Assembly (NCBI GenBank): GCA_947085635.1
Contig: CAMTXC010000010.1
Span: forward strand, 18,151 to 82,150
Origin: an uncultured Actinomycetes bacterium
GTDB lineage: Bacteria > Actinomycetota > Thermoleophilia > RBG-16-64-13
Direction of reading: 5' to 3'
DNA: 64,000 nt
In this document: one piece after another, positions 54,615 through 63,720 of the stretch
Numbering within the stretch: position 1 is the first letter of the stretch
Layout: each line of letters starts with the position of its first letter
Program-made: the position numbers and the translations under genes
The notes under the pieces: model-generated
The model's database searches: none
Seen by the model: only the letters and a program-made list of their open reading frames with translations
Told to the model about the DNA's origin: nothing

Positions 54615-55640
54615 TCAGCTCCCCTCCCCCACGGCGCCCACGGGCGCGGCGGTGTAGACGCCGGCCAGCATGTCGTCGTACGTGGCATCGGGCAGGCTTC
54701 CGGCCCGAGCGATGGCGGCCGTCACCTCCGACACTACTGCCTCCCTCACGCGGGCCAGATCGTCCGCCGAAGCCACCCCCTGGTCCACCAGCTGCCGCTC
54801 GCAGAGGACGATGGGGTCGCGATCGCGCCAGGCACAGAGGTCGTCCTCGCACATGTACGAGCCGTCGTCCCCGCTCCAGTGCGGTCCCATCCGGTAGCTC
54901 ATGAACTCCAGGAAGTAGGGGCCCGCCCCCGACCGAACTCGTTCGACGACCGTCTTCGCCGCCGAGTAGACCGCGGCCACGTCGTTGCCGTCCACCACGC
55001 TCCACGGAATGCCGTAGCCGTCGGCCCGGGGGGCCACGAATGGCGTGCACACGTGCTCATCGGCGGGAGAGAGCTCGCACCACGAGTTGTTGGTCATGGC
55101 GAACACGAGGGGCAACTTCCAGAGGGCGGCCACGTTCATGGTCGACCCCAGGTCGGCCTGGCTCGACGTGCCTTCACCGAAACCGATGACCGTCACCTGC
55201 TCCGACCGCCGGAGCTTCGCGGAGAGCGCCGCGCCGGCCGAGATGGCATAGTCCGCACCCAGACTGCCCACCAGGCCCACGAGGCCCACCTCGTACTGCG
55301 ATAGATGCAGCCCACCCTTGCCCCGGGCGGGCCCGGCGGGCTTGGTGAAGTACTCGGCCCAGATGTCATCCTGCGACATACCCTTCCCCACGTACTCGGC
55401 GATGCCCCGGTGCGTGGGGAATAGGTAGTCGGTGGCTTCGAGCGCGTGCCCGAGGCCCACGCCCACCGCCTCCTGGCCCGTGCCGAAGTGTCCCATGAGG
55501 TAGAACTCGCGCTTCTCGAGCATGTCCGCCCAGATCCGCTCGGCCTCCCGGGTGGTCACCATCTTCCGGTGGAGGGCGAGGAGGGTCTGCGGTTCGATGG
55601 GTAGGATCGGCAGGGTCTCGCCCCGCCCCTCGGTACTCAT
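54615..55640 (-). CDS. 2-oxoacid dehydrogenase E1 component alpha subunit (TPP-dependent; PdhA/AcoA-like)
   Basis: Start ATG 55640 (AAGGGAGA SD): MSTEGRGETLPILP...; TPP motif GDG-like ...FGEGTSSQADLGSTMNVAALWKLPLVFAMTNN. Confidence 0.85.
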   Translation of the reverse strand: MSTEGRGETLPILPIEPQTLLALHRKMVTTREAERIWADMLEKREFYLMGHFGTGQEAVGVGLGHALEATDYLFPTHRGIAEYVGKGMSQDDIWAEYFTKPAGPARGKGGLHLSQYEVGLVGLVGSLGADYAISAGAALSAKLRRSEQVTVIGFGEGTSSQADLGSTMNVAALWKLPLVFAMTNNSWCELSPADEHVCTPFVAPRADGYGIPWSVVDGNDVAAVYSAAKTVVERVRSGAGPYFLEFMSYRMGPHWSGDDGSYMCEDDLCAWRDRDPIVLCERQLVDQGVASADDLARVREAVVSEVTAAIARAGSLPDATYDDMLAGVYTAAPVGAVGEGS

Positions 55641-56199
55641 GTCCGTCTCCCTTGATCGCGGGGAATGCGTGCTTACGAGGCCGCGGAGGGCGGCGGAGGG
55701 CGGGGGGCTCCGGGGCCGGCGGCGGGGCGACGCGGAGCCTGGCGGCAGGCCCAATCGCCCGGGCAGTGTGAACCATCGCAGAGGCGGCCGGCGCCCGAAG
55801 CGCGGGCGCCGGCGCGGAGGCTGCGGGTATCCCGGGGGCGGCCTCGACGGTCGCCTCCTCGTCCGGCTCTGACTGGATCGTCGAGCGTCATGCGGATCCC
55901 CCGTCATGCGCACGATGAATCTGTCGTCGTCCGAACCGATACGCCCGGACGATACCTTGATTCTACTCCAGCCGAGGCCGGCGGCAAGGCGAGCTTTGGT
56001 GACAGGAGGAGCTGCGAGCGACCCCGGCCCTGCTCCAAGCCTAGGAACCACCGCCAGGCGGGCACGATCCGGACCAGGCCCGACGACGATTCCCACTTCC
56101 TCATCCGTTGGCCGGTGCGAATGCCGGTCGCCTATCTCCATCCGATGTCGTATAGTGGTGCTGAGCCACGCACCGCATCATGGTTCGAAAGGACGCACC

Positions 56200-56481
56200 A
56201 TGTCCGCCGACAAGGCCAAGGCCCTGACAGTCCGTCTGCCCGCGGATCTGTACGAACGGGGGAAGAGCGTGATAGAACGACGAAACACCACTCTCAACGA
56301 ACTGGTGATCGAGGGCCTCGAACTCGTTGTCGCTGAAGAGGAGGAGGCAGCTCTCTTCGCGGCTTTCGGCGAGGTGGGAGCTGATGCAACGATGGGCGAC
56401 GTCTCGTTCTCCTGGGCTGCGCAGCAAGAGACGGTCAGCGGCCGACCGCCCGACGAACATGCGACGCCCGTCGATGGCTAG
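56200..56481 (+). CDS. ribbon-helix-helix antitoxin (CopG/MazE-like)
   Basis: 93 aa; MSADKAKALTVRLPADLYERGKSV... RHH N-terminus; stop overlaps toxin start by 8 nt. Confidence 0.6.
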   Translation: MSADKAKALTVRLPADLYERGKSVIERRNTTLNELVIEGLELVVAEEEEAALFAAFGEVGADATMGDVSFSWAAQQETVSGRPPDEHATPVDG

Positions 56482-56872
56482 GGTCCCGGAGGACGCAGCT
56501 TCGACAGGCCAGGTGATCCGTCGCGGCGAGATCTGGACCGTGGACTGGACCCCCGGCCACGGCTCAGGGCAGACGGGATCGAGGCCGGCGCTCGTCATCC
56601 AGACCGACGCCGCCTGCCGGAACCAGAAGTATCCCAACGTCATCGTGCTTGCGGTGAGCACGGCCGGCCGGAACGTCCCCTTTCACATTCCGTTGACTCC
56701 GACCCAGGAGAACGGACTGCGCGCACCATCGTTCGTCAAGTGCGAGCAGATTCTCACCATCAGCAAGGACCGGCTGCGGGAACGATGGGGGGCAGCGACT
56801 GCGGACGACATGAACGCCATCGCGGAGGCTGTCGTTCTCGTGCTCGCCCTCCACAGCGCACGGCGGGCCTGA
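56474..56872 (+). CDS. mazF: MazF/PemK family type II toxin endoribonuclease
   Basis: MARVPEDAASTGQVIRRGEIWTVDWTPGHGSGQTGSRPALVIQTDA...PNVIVLAVSTAG... Confidence 0.75.
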   Translation: MARVPEDAASTGQVIRRGEIWTVDWTPGHGSGQTGSRPALVIQTDAACRNQKYPNVIVLAVSTAGRNVPFHIPLTPTQENGLRAPSFVKCEQILTISKDRLRERWGAATADDMNAIAEAVVLVLALHSARRA

Positions 56873-57184
56873 CCGTATGTGGACGGCCTCTCCCAAGGCG
56901 GCTTCCTAGATTCTCAATTGAAAGACTCATTCCATATGACTTACCAATCGGCATCTCTGCGGTGCGCCGTGCGTTCAGCCAATAGACGAACCCGATCTCG
57001 CGTATCCCATGACCGAATGTCACCCTCCGCGATTCCCTCGAACTCCGAACGCCGAGTCGGTATGGGTCCTTCGAGCCCGAGAAATGAGGAACCGCCCCGC
57101 CTGCCGGGGGGGCGGCGGGCGGAGCGGTTGGGGGGACTCAGGTGTCGGCCCCGGGACCGGCGCGGCCCCGGGACGTCGCACAGA

Positions 57185-58534
57185 CTACCCGGTTACGCCT
57201 TCGTCGGTGATGGCGAGGGCTGCGTCGAAGATCTCGTAGGCCTCACGCATCTCCGCTTCCGTGATGCAGAGCGGCGGGTTGCTGAATAGATTGTTCCAGT
57301 TCACGAAGACGAACAGGCCGTTCTCCTTCAAGAAAGCGCCCAGCTTCGCCATCTCCGGGCTGCTGCCGTTGAAGGGGGCCATAGGCTCCTTGGTCCGGCG
57401 GTTCCGCACGAGCTCGATCACCCCGAACAGGCCGATCGAGCGCACGTCGCCCACCGACGGGTGCTTCGCCTTGAGGTCGGCCATCAGGTCGGCCATGAGG
57501 GCACCCATGCGTCGCGCGTTCCCCACCAGGTCGTCCTCGTGCATGACCTTGAGGTTGGCCACGGCGGCCGCCAGCGACATCGGGTGGGCATTGTAGGTGA
57601 GCCCACCGTAGAACTTGTGGTCGTTGAAGTACTCGCGCAGCTTCCCGTTGATGGCGACCGCACCGAGCGGCATGTAGGCCGACGTGAGCCCTTTGGCCAT
57701 GGTGATGATGTCGGGCACGACGTTCCAACGGTCGACTGCGAACCACTCGCCGCAACGGCCAAGGCCGGCCATGACCTCGTCGGCCACCAGGAGGATGCCG
57801 TACGTGTCGCAGAGCGCGCGGAGGCCCTGTAGGTAGCCGTCCGGCGGCACGATGATGCCGTTGGTGCCGGTGACCGGCTCGATGAAGACCGCCGCGATGG
57901 TCTCCGGACCCTCGTACATCATGACTTCTTCGATCTGGTCGAGGCACTTCTGCGAGAAGACCTTGTCGCTGTCACCCTCGGTGTACAGCTGGCTGCGGTA
58001 CTTGTAGGGGTCGAAGACCCTGATCACGCCGGGCATGCCGGGTTCGTTCGCCCAGCGGCGCGGGTCGCCGGTGAGCGTCATGGATCCCGCGGTCGCTCCG
58101 TGGTAGGAGCGGTAGCGCACCATGATCTTGTGGCGTCCGGTGTACGCGCGGGCCATCTTGATGGCGTTCTCGTTGGCTTCGGAGCCGCCCAGGGTGAAGA
58201 AGAACATGTCGAGGTCGCCCGGGGTGATCTCGGCCATCATGGGGCCGATCTCGGCGCGCACCCGTGTGGCCATGCCGGGACCGGCGTAGGCGAGTTCCTC
58301 GGCCTGAGCCTTGATGGCCTCGACGACCCGCTTGTCTCCGTGGCCGATGTTCACGCACATCAGCTGGGAGTTCATGTCGATGTAACGCTTCCCATCCGCA
58401 TCCCAGAAGTGCACGCCTTTGGCGCGGACCATCGGGATGGGATCGACCTGCGACTGAACCGACCAGGAGAAGAAGGTGTGCTTCTTCGTGAGTTCCACGA
58501 TCTCCTGAGCCGACATCCGCGTGTCAGTTGTCAT
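57185..58534 (-). CDS. class III (omega) aminotransferase, beta-alanine/taurine--pyruvate transaminase-like
   Basis: Start ATG 58534 (GGAGG 9 nt upstream) preferred over 58552. PLP-Lys region ...VADEVMAGLGRCGEWFAVD...DIITMAKGL... Confidence 0.8.
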   Translation of the reverse strand: MTTDTRMSAQEIVELTKKHTFFSWSVQSQVDPIPMVRAKGVHFWDADGKRYIDMNSQLMCVNIGHGDKRVVEAIKAQAEELAYAGPGMATRVRAEIGPMMAEITPGDLDMFFFTLGGSEANENAIKMARAYTGRHKIMVRYRSYHGATAGSMTLTGDPRRWANEPGMPGVIRVFDPYKYRSQLYTEGDSDKVFSQKCLDQIEEVMMYEGPETIAAVFIEPVTGTNGIIVPPDGYLQGLRALCDTYGILLVADEVMAGLGRCGEWFAVDRWNVVPDIITMAKGLTSAYMPLGAVAINGKLREYFNDHKFYGGLTYNAHPMSLAAAVANLKVMHEDDLVGNARRMGALMADLMADLKAKHPSVGDVRSIGLFGVIELVRNRRTKEPMAPFNGSSPEMAKLGAFLKENGLFVFVNWNNLFSNPPLCITEAEMREAYEIFDAALAITDEGVTG

Positions 58535-58609
58535 TCGCACCGCCTCCGTCATCCTGTGTGAACGCCCTTCGGGCCGGCCCCGCGGCCGGCCCGTCGAACG
58601 GCTTGGTTC

Positions 58610-60148
58610 CTAGCTCCACGTTCCCATGGTCTTCGAGTCCCAGATCCAACGGTTCACGACCACCTTCTTGTCCGTGAAGAAGTCGATCGCGTCGCGACCC
58701 ATGCCGTGCAGATCGCCGAAGAAGGAGTCCTTCCGGCCGGCGAAGGGGAAGTAGGCCATGGCCGCGGGCACACCGATGTTAATACCGATGTTACCGGCGT
58801 TCGCCTCGTACTTGAACTTACGGGCGGTGAAGCCGTCCTGCGTGTAGATGGAGGCGGCGTTACCGAAGGGGCTCTCGTCGATGATCTTGAGCGCCTCGTC
58901 CAGCGTGTCCACCTTCATGATGCACGCCACCGGGCCGAAGATCTCTTCCGTGGCGATCGTCATGTCGGGAGTCACGTTGTCGAAGATGGTGGGGCCGATG
59001 AAGTAGCCTTCCTCACACCCCGGGGTGACGACCTGGGGGGTGCGCCCGTCAAGCAGCAGTGTGGCGCCTTCCTCGATGCCTTTTTCTATCAGGCCGAGGA
59101 TGCGCTCTTTGCCCTTGGCGCTGATGACCGGGCCCATCCCGACCCGCTCGTCGAGACCGTAGCCGACCGTGACCTGGGCCGCCCGCTCCCTGAACGCCGC
59201 AGATGCCTGCTCGTGCACCTCGTCGCCCACACACACCAACACGGAGCCGGCGAGGCAGCGCTCGCCCGCGCACCCGAAGAAAGAGTTGATCCAGTTCTGC
59301 GACGCCTTCTCGAGCACGGCGTCGGGCATGACCACCAGGTGGTTCTTGGCGCCGGCCTGGGCCTGCACGCGCTTCTTATACTTGGCGCCTTCGTGGTAGA
59401 CGTAGTGGCCCACGTGCGTGGAGCCCACGAACGAGATGCCTTTGATCAGCGGGTGGTGCAGCAGGGCATCGACCACTTCCTTGTCGCCGTTCACCATGTT
59501 CATGACGCCGGCGGGGAGACCGATCTCATCGAGGAGCTCGAACACCATCCTCTGGCTGATCGGGGCCTGCTCGGAGGGCTTGATGATGTAGGTGTTCCCG
59601 GCGGCGATGGCGTAGGGCCAGAACCAGAACGGCACCATCATCGGGAAGTTGAAGGGGGCGATGCAGGCGAACACTCCGAGCGGCTGACGGATCATCTCCT
59701 CGTCGATGCCGACAGCCGCCCCATCCTCAAGGTTATATCCCATCATGAGGGACGGCATGCCGCAGGCGACCTCGAGGTGCTCGATGCCGCGGCTGACGTC
59801 GCCCTGGGCTTCTTCGTAGGTCTTGCCGTGCTCCTGAGTGACCACGCGCACGAGGTCCTCGAAGCGGGCCTCCATGGCTGCCTTCATCTTGTAGAGGTAC
59901 TGCACGCGGTTCTGCGGCGGGACGCGGCGCCAACTGTCGAAGGCGGCCTGGGCGGCCTGGGCGGCCTTATCGACTTCAGCCGCGGTAGACAGCGGGACGC
60001 TGCCGATCTCTTTGCCGGTCGCGGGGTTCTCGATCGGGAGTATACGCGTGCTCTCCGACTGCACGAACTCGCCGTTGATGTAGTTGGGGATGCTGCCGTA
60101 GTGCGCCTTGAACTCCGGGATGATGACGATAGGCTCGGTCGTGGCCAC
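58610..60148 (-). CDS. mmsA: CoA-acylating methylmalonate-/malonate-semialdehyde dehydrogenase
   Basis: Track ORF N-terminus is junk. Start GTG 60148 (AGGAGG, 7-nt spacer): VATTEPIVIIPEF...; ALDH catalytic ...FGCAGERCLAGS..., Glu in ...IIKPSEQAP...; typical MmsA length 512 aa. Confidence 0.85.
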   Translation of the reverse strand: MATTEPIVIIPEFKAHYGSIPNYINGEFVQSESTRILPIENPATGKEIGSVPLSTAAEVDKAAQAAQAAFDSWRRVPPQNRVQYLYKMKAAMEARFEDLVRVVTQEHGKTYEEAQGDVSRGIEHLEVACGMPSLMMGYNLEDGAAVGIDEEMIRQPLGVFACIAPFNFPMMVPFWFWPYAIAAGNTYIIKPSEQAPISQRMVFELLDEIGLPAGVMNMVNGDKEVVDALLHHPLIKGISFVGSTHVGHYVYHEGAKYKKRVQAQAGAKNHLVVMPDAVLEKASQNWINSFFGCAGERCLAGSVLVCVGDEVHEQASAAFRERAAQVTVGYGLDERVGMGPVISAKGKERILGLIEKGIEEGATLLLDGRTPQVVTPGCEEGYFIGPTIFDNVTPDMTIATEEIFGPVACIMKVDTLDEALKIIDESPFGNAASIYTQDGFTARKFKYEANAGNIGINIGVPAAMAYFPFAGRKDSFFGDLHGMGRDAIDFFTDKKVVVNRWIWDSKTMGTWS

Positions 60149-60332
60149 GTATCTACCTCCTGGCACGGTAGGGTTCTCTCGGGACAAACCGGACGCGCAC
60201 CGGCTCGCCCTCCCCCCGGGTGCGGGCCGCCACCTCCTGGCCGCCCTGGTGCCTCTCAGACTACCCTCTGTTTCGGAATACGGTCCAGTGGTAGCATGCA
60301 CACATGTCGCCACTACTCACAGCGTCGTGCAC

Positions 60333-61988
60333 ATGAGCTCCTCCCCCCTCACGGTCCGCGATCTCTTGGCGGAGCCGGAGTTCCGACTCGAAGCGCGGGC
60401 GGGTTCACGATCCTTCGGCCGCGCCGTCGATGGCATACACCTCTCTGAGCTCGACGACCCCACGCCTTGGATGGTGCCGAGCAGCATCCTCCTCACGACC
60501 GGACTCAACATCAACACCGATCACACCGCCGGCGTGAGACTCGTGGAGACGCTGAGCGTCGCGGGCATGTCGGGTCTCGGTATCGCGCTCGGCCACTACC
60601 TCACGACGCTCCCCCCTGCGATGGTGCAGCGCGCCGAGGAGATCTCCTTCCCGCTCTTCACGCTTCCCATGGACGTGCCGTTCCGACGAGTCAGCGCCTA
60701 CGTGTACGATGCTCTCGCCTCGCGCGACACGTACCGCCTCCGGCGCAGCATGGCGGTGCAGAGCCACCTCCTCGAACTCCTGATCGAGGAGCGGGGAGTC
60801 GAGGAGCTGGTGCAGCAACTCGCCCATCTGTTGGAGACCACGGTGCTACTCTACGACGGCCGCGGCTCCCTCCTCACGGTGGCGAGAGGCCAGGCGCGGT
60901 TCTCGTCGCGCGGGATGGCCACCTTGTGGGAGCGCTACCTCGAACACCGAGGGAGGAGGGAGATCCTTCCCGCTTTTCAATCGTCCGGTTTCCGCGTGTC
61001 ATACAGGGAGGTCTCGCTCCACGGAGTCGTGGAGCGCGTGCTGCTCGCCGCGTACGCCAACCGCCCCATCCCCGAATTGGCCGAAACCACTTTGTCGTTC
61101 GCCCAGAAGCTGCTCACTCTGGACGTGCTGCGCAACCGCGACGCGGCCGATCTCCAACGCCGCATGCGCACCGGACTCATGGACGATCTCGTGTCGGGCA
61201 TCGGCACCGAGACGGAGCTCTCCGCACGGATGCGCCAGTACGACCTGGCTCCTGAGAAGCCGTGGAGGATCGCCGTGCTCGACGTGGACTCCTTTACCGA
61301 GCGCTTCCCGGCCGAGGGGCATCCCGGCCATCGCGAGACGCGCATGCAGGAGTTCAAGAACACGCTCCTGGAGGCCGTGGACTCCTTCCTCCAGGGCCAA
61401 GGGCTTCCGTTCCTCACCATGCTGAAGAGCGACTCCGTCGTGTCCCTTGTGCAATTCACCGATACGAGTGTGGCCTCGGCGGAGCGCACGCTGGTGGCGC
61501 TGCGAGAGGCCGTCGAGGAGAACCTGGCCCCCGTGACATTGAGCGTGGGGGTGTCCGCCGCCGCGACCGGAGCGACCGGCGCCGCCGCGGCCTTCCGCCA
61601 GGCACGCGAGGCTCTGGGTCTCACCAAGCCCGTAGAAGGGCTGCGCACCCGCTTCTTCGACCTCGTGCACCCACAGAGCCGTCTGCTGGACTCCCAAAGC
61701 CCCGAGGGCCTCGCGGCAATCTACGAAGAGACCATCGCGCTCCTTGACGACCACGACCGCGAACGCCGCACCCAACTCCTGCGGACACTCGAAGTCTTCC
61801 TGACGCAGGAGCGCTCGCTGAACCGCACCGCCGAGACCCTGCACATGCACAGGAACACGCTGGCGAAGCGCATCGCGCGCATCGAGGAGATCCTCGGCCG
61901 CAGTCTCGCGGTCACCGACGACCTCGTGGCGATCGGCCTCGGCCTCCGGGCGCGGGAACTGCTGGCCGGAAGACGCACGTTGTCGTGA
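60333..61988 (+). CDS. PucR family transcriptional regulator (second copy)
   Basis: Start ATG 60333: MSSSPLTVRDLLAEPEFRLEA... PucR N-domain; C-terminal HTH MHRNTLAKRIARIEEILG; divergent from mmsA. Confidence 0.75.
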   Translation: MSSSPLTVRDLLAEPEFRLEARAGSRSFGRAVDGIHLSELDDPTPWMVPSSILLTTGLNINTDHTAGVRLVETLSVAGMSGLGIALGHYLTTLPPAMVQRAEEISFPLFTLPMDVPFRRVSAYVYDALASRDTYRLRRSMAVQSHLLELLIEERGVEELVQQLAHLLETTVLLYDGRGSLLTVARGQARFSSRGMATLWERYLEHRGRREILPAFQSSGFRVSYREVSLHGVVERVLLAAYANRPIPELAETTLSFAQKLLTLDVLRNRDAADLQRRMRTGLMDDLVSGIGTETELSARMRQYDLAPEKPWRIAVLDVDSFTERFPAEGHPGHRETRMQEFKNTLLEAVDSFLQGQGLPFLTMLKSDSVVSLVQFTDTSVASAERTLVALREAVEENLAPVTLSVGVSAAATGATGAAAAFRQAREALGLTKPVEGLRTRFFDLVHPQSRLLDSQSPEGLAAIYEETIALLDDHDRERRTQLLRTLEVFLTQERSLNRTAETLHMHRNTLAKRIARIEEILGRSLAVTDDLVAIGLGLRARELLAGRRTLS

Positions 61989-62043
61989 GTGACGAAACGC
62001 CGCCGGCGCAGCCGGCGCACACGCGAAGAAGGCAGGTGAGGGC

Positions 62044-62721
62044 ATGACCGATCCCCAGAAGAACGATCCCACAACCGCATCCGAGACCGGCGACCCGGGC
62101 GCTCCGGGCGACCCGGGCGCTCCGGGCGCTCCGGCCGTGAGGCCCGGCCTGGAGGAGGCGATCAAGCAGGCGTTGCGGTGCCTCGCCGAGGTGCTCGAGG
62201 TCAGGCTCCTCAGCGATGAGGAGCGCGCGCGCATCGCAAGCCTCGAGGCCGAAGGCGAAGTCGGCGGCGCGGCGGGGGGCATGTTCGAGTTCGTGAACGA
62301 GGGCATGCGCAAAGCGATGGCCTGCGAGATGGCCTTCGCCGCCCTCACCGGCCCCATGCTCGAGGATCCTCCCGAGCCCTGGACCATCATGCTAGACGAC
62401 GACGGCCAGGTGATCGGGGAGTGGCTGGCCGAGAGCCGGCGCGAAGAGGTGAAGGAGAGCGGGCGTGGCATCTTCCTCTCACCCGACTTCGTGCTCTACA
62501 AGGACCGCAAGCCGAAGGGCAAGGGGCGTTTCGTGATGCCCTTCATGTGTGTCCCGCTGCCGGGCCACGACGACGACCTGACCACCTGCGGCATGGGCAC
62601 GCCCTCCGGCCTCGCCGACGAATACATCCGCGGCCTGATGGGTAACCCGGGCAAGGAAGTAGCGACCGTGGTTATCGGGATCAACGTCGGCTCGACGTCC
62701 AAGACGCAATCGAAGATTTGA
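62044..62721 (+). CDS. hypothetical protein with N-terminal collagen-like GDPGAPG repeats
   Basis: 225 aa; AGGTGAGGG SD; coding-like composition; no family recognised; conserved-looking Cys/His patch CVPLPGHDDDLTTCGMGTP. Confidence 0.5.
   Translation: MTDPQKNDPTTASETGDPGAPGDPGAPGAPAVRPGLEEAIKQALRCLAEVLEVRLLSDEERARIASLEAEGEVGGAAGGMFEFVNEGMRKAMACEMAFAALTGPMLEDPPEPWTIMLDDDGQVIGEWLAESRREEVKESGRGIFLSPDFVLYKDRKPKGKGRFVMPFMCVPLPGHDDDLTTCGMGTPSGLADEYIRGLMGNPGKEVATVVIGINVGSTSKTQSKI
62090..62134 (+). repeat. 18-bp in-frame tandem repeat encoding (GDPGAP)n
   Basis: GGCGACCCGGGCGCTCCG x2 then GGCGCTCCG. Confidence 0.6.
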
Positions 62722-62737
62722 GAGGGAGGCCCCCACG

Positions 62738-63070
62738 ATGAGCGAAGCCCGCACCACGCCATGGGTCGGCGACCTGGGTACCGTGGCCGAGTACGCCACC
62801 GACGGCATCGTCAGTAAAACCCTGATCGACGAACCCCGCGTGAAGATCGTCCTGTTCGCCATGTCGGCCGGGCAGTCGCTCTCGGAACACACGGCGAGCA
62901 TGCCGGCTTCCATCCACATCCTGGAGGGCACGTGCTCGGTCCTGCTGGGCGAAAACCGTCACGACGCGCCTCCCGGCACCTACATCTACATGCCGGCGAA
63001 CCTCAACCACGCGGTCGATGCGATCGCGGACTCGGTGTTCCTCCTGCACCTGCACCGCGGGGAAGGTTGA
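62738..63070 (+). CDS. cupin 2 domain protein
   Basis: 110 aa; ...SLSEHTASMPASIHILEG...YIYMPANLNHAV cupin motifs; GGGAGG SD. Confidence 0.6.
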   Translation: MSEARTTPWVGDLGTVAEYATDGIVSKTLIDEPRVKIVLFAMSAGQSLSEHTASMPASIHILEGTCSVLLGENRHDAPPGTYIYMPANLNHAVDAIADSVFLLHLHRGEG

Positions 63071-63159
63071 TCGGGGAGCACGCCGCTACGCGGCGCCGCG
63101 GGGATCGGCGCCACCCGCCCGCCGACGGCAGCAGGTTCGAAGCCGTCCATCGGATACCC

Positions 63160-63290
63160 TATGGGGTATAATCGGCGCAGTGGGGAACAGCCTCCCCACC
63201 GATGCTGAGATCGGTGCGCTCACGTGCGCGAACGCAACCCCAGATGCGCGAACGCCGCCCATCGCACGGCGACGCGCGAGGAGGATCGAG
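63160..63290 (+). promoter_or_regulatory. promoter/operator-rich leader upstream of Cys-rich gene
   Basis: Consensus TATAAT at 63167-63172 preceded by TGGGG; palindromes ATACCC-TATG-GGGTAT (63154-69) and GTGGGGA-N6-TCCCCAC (63180-99); direct repeats TGCGCGAACGC at 63225-35 and 63245-55. Confidence 0.3.
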
Positions 63291-63698
63291 ATGACGAGCA
63301 GCGAGTCCCGCGAAACCGCCGTCGCGGAATCAACCGCCACCGAGAAGAAGACCCCACGCACCACGGGAGTCGCCGCAGCCACCGTCCGCGCCGACATCGA
63401 TGCCGGCATCTGCGGCTTCCACACGACGGTGCGTGCGGAAGCCGAGTCGATGCGCAAGGTGAAGCTCGACATCGAGAGCGACTGCCCGCAGATCCACAAA
63501 GCGGCCGAGCAGTTGCCCGAGATGGACATGCTCGAAGAGCTCAAGGCGGGTCTCGGTCGCGGGCACGTGTACGAGGTGCTGTCCGGTTGCGTGCGGCACG
63601 TCACCTGCCCGGTGGGCTCAGGCATCCTGAAGGCGGCCGAATCGGCGGCGGGCCTGGCCTTGCCGAAAGACGTCGGCATCAAGCTGACCAAGGAGTAA
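63291..63698 (+). CDS. hypothetical Cys-containing protein (possible metal-binding)
   Basis: 135 aa; GAGGAGG SD 7 nt upstream; Cys at ICGFH, DCPQIH, SGCVRHVTCPVG. Confidence 0.5.
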   Translation: MTSSESRETAVAESTATEKKTPRTTGVAAATVRADIDAGICGFHTTVRAEAESMRKVKLDIESDCPQIHKAAEQLPEMDMLEELKAGLGRGHVYEVLSGCVRHVTCPVGSGILKAAESAAGLALPKDVGIKLTKE

Positions 63699-63720
63699 GC
63701 CGCCGCCGGCGCCGCCGAGC

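Noticed and set aside
55641-56199. Coding potential in the 560-bp GC-rich spacer upstream of E1 alpha
   Set aside because: Only Arg/Gly/Pro-rich ORFs in several frames, with internal simple repeats (GGCGGAGGG). This is more likely a non-coding promoter region for the E1 operon and antitoxin gene.
58706-60448. 580-aa plus-strand ORF opposite mmsA
   Set aside because: Antisense. mmsA has ALDH catalytic Cys/Glu motifs and a strong AGGAGG-GTG start.
60999-62471. 490-aa minus-strand ORF opposite pucR-2 and the collagen-repeat gene
   Set aside because: Antisense artefact spanning two plus-strand genes.
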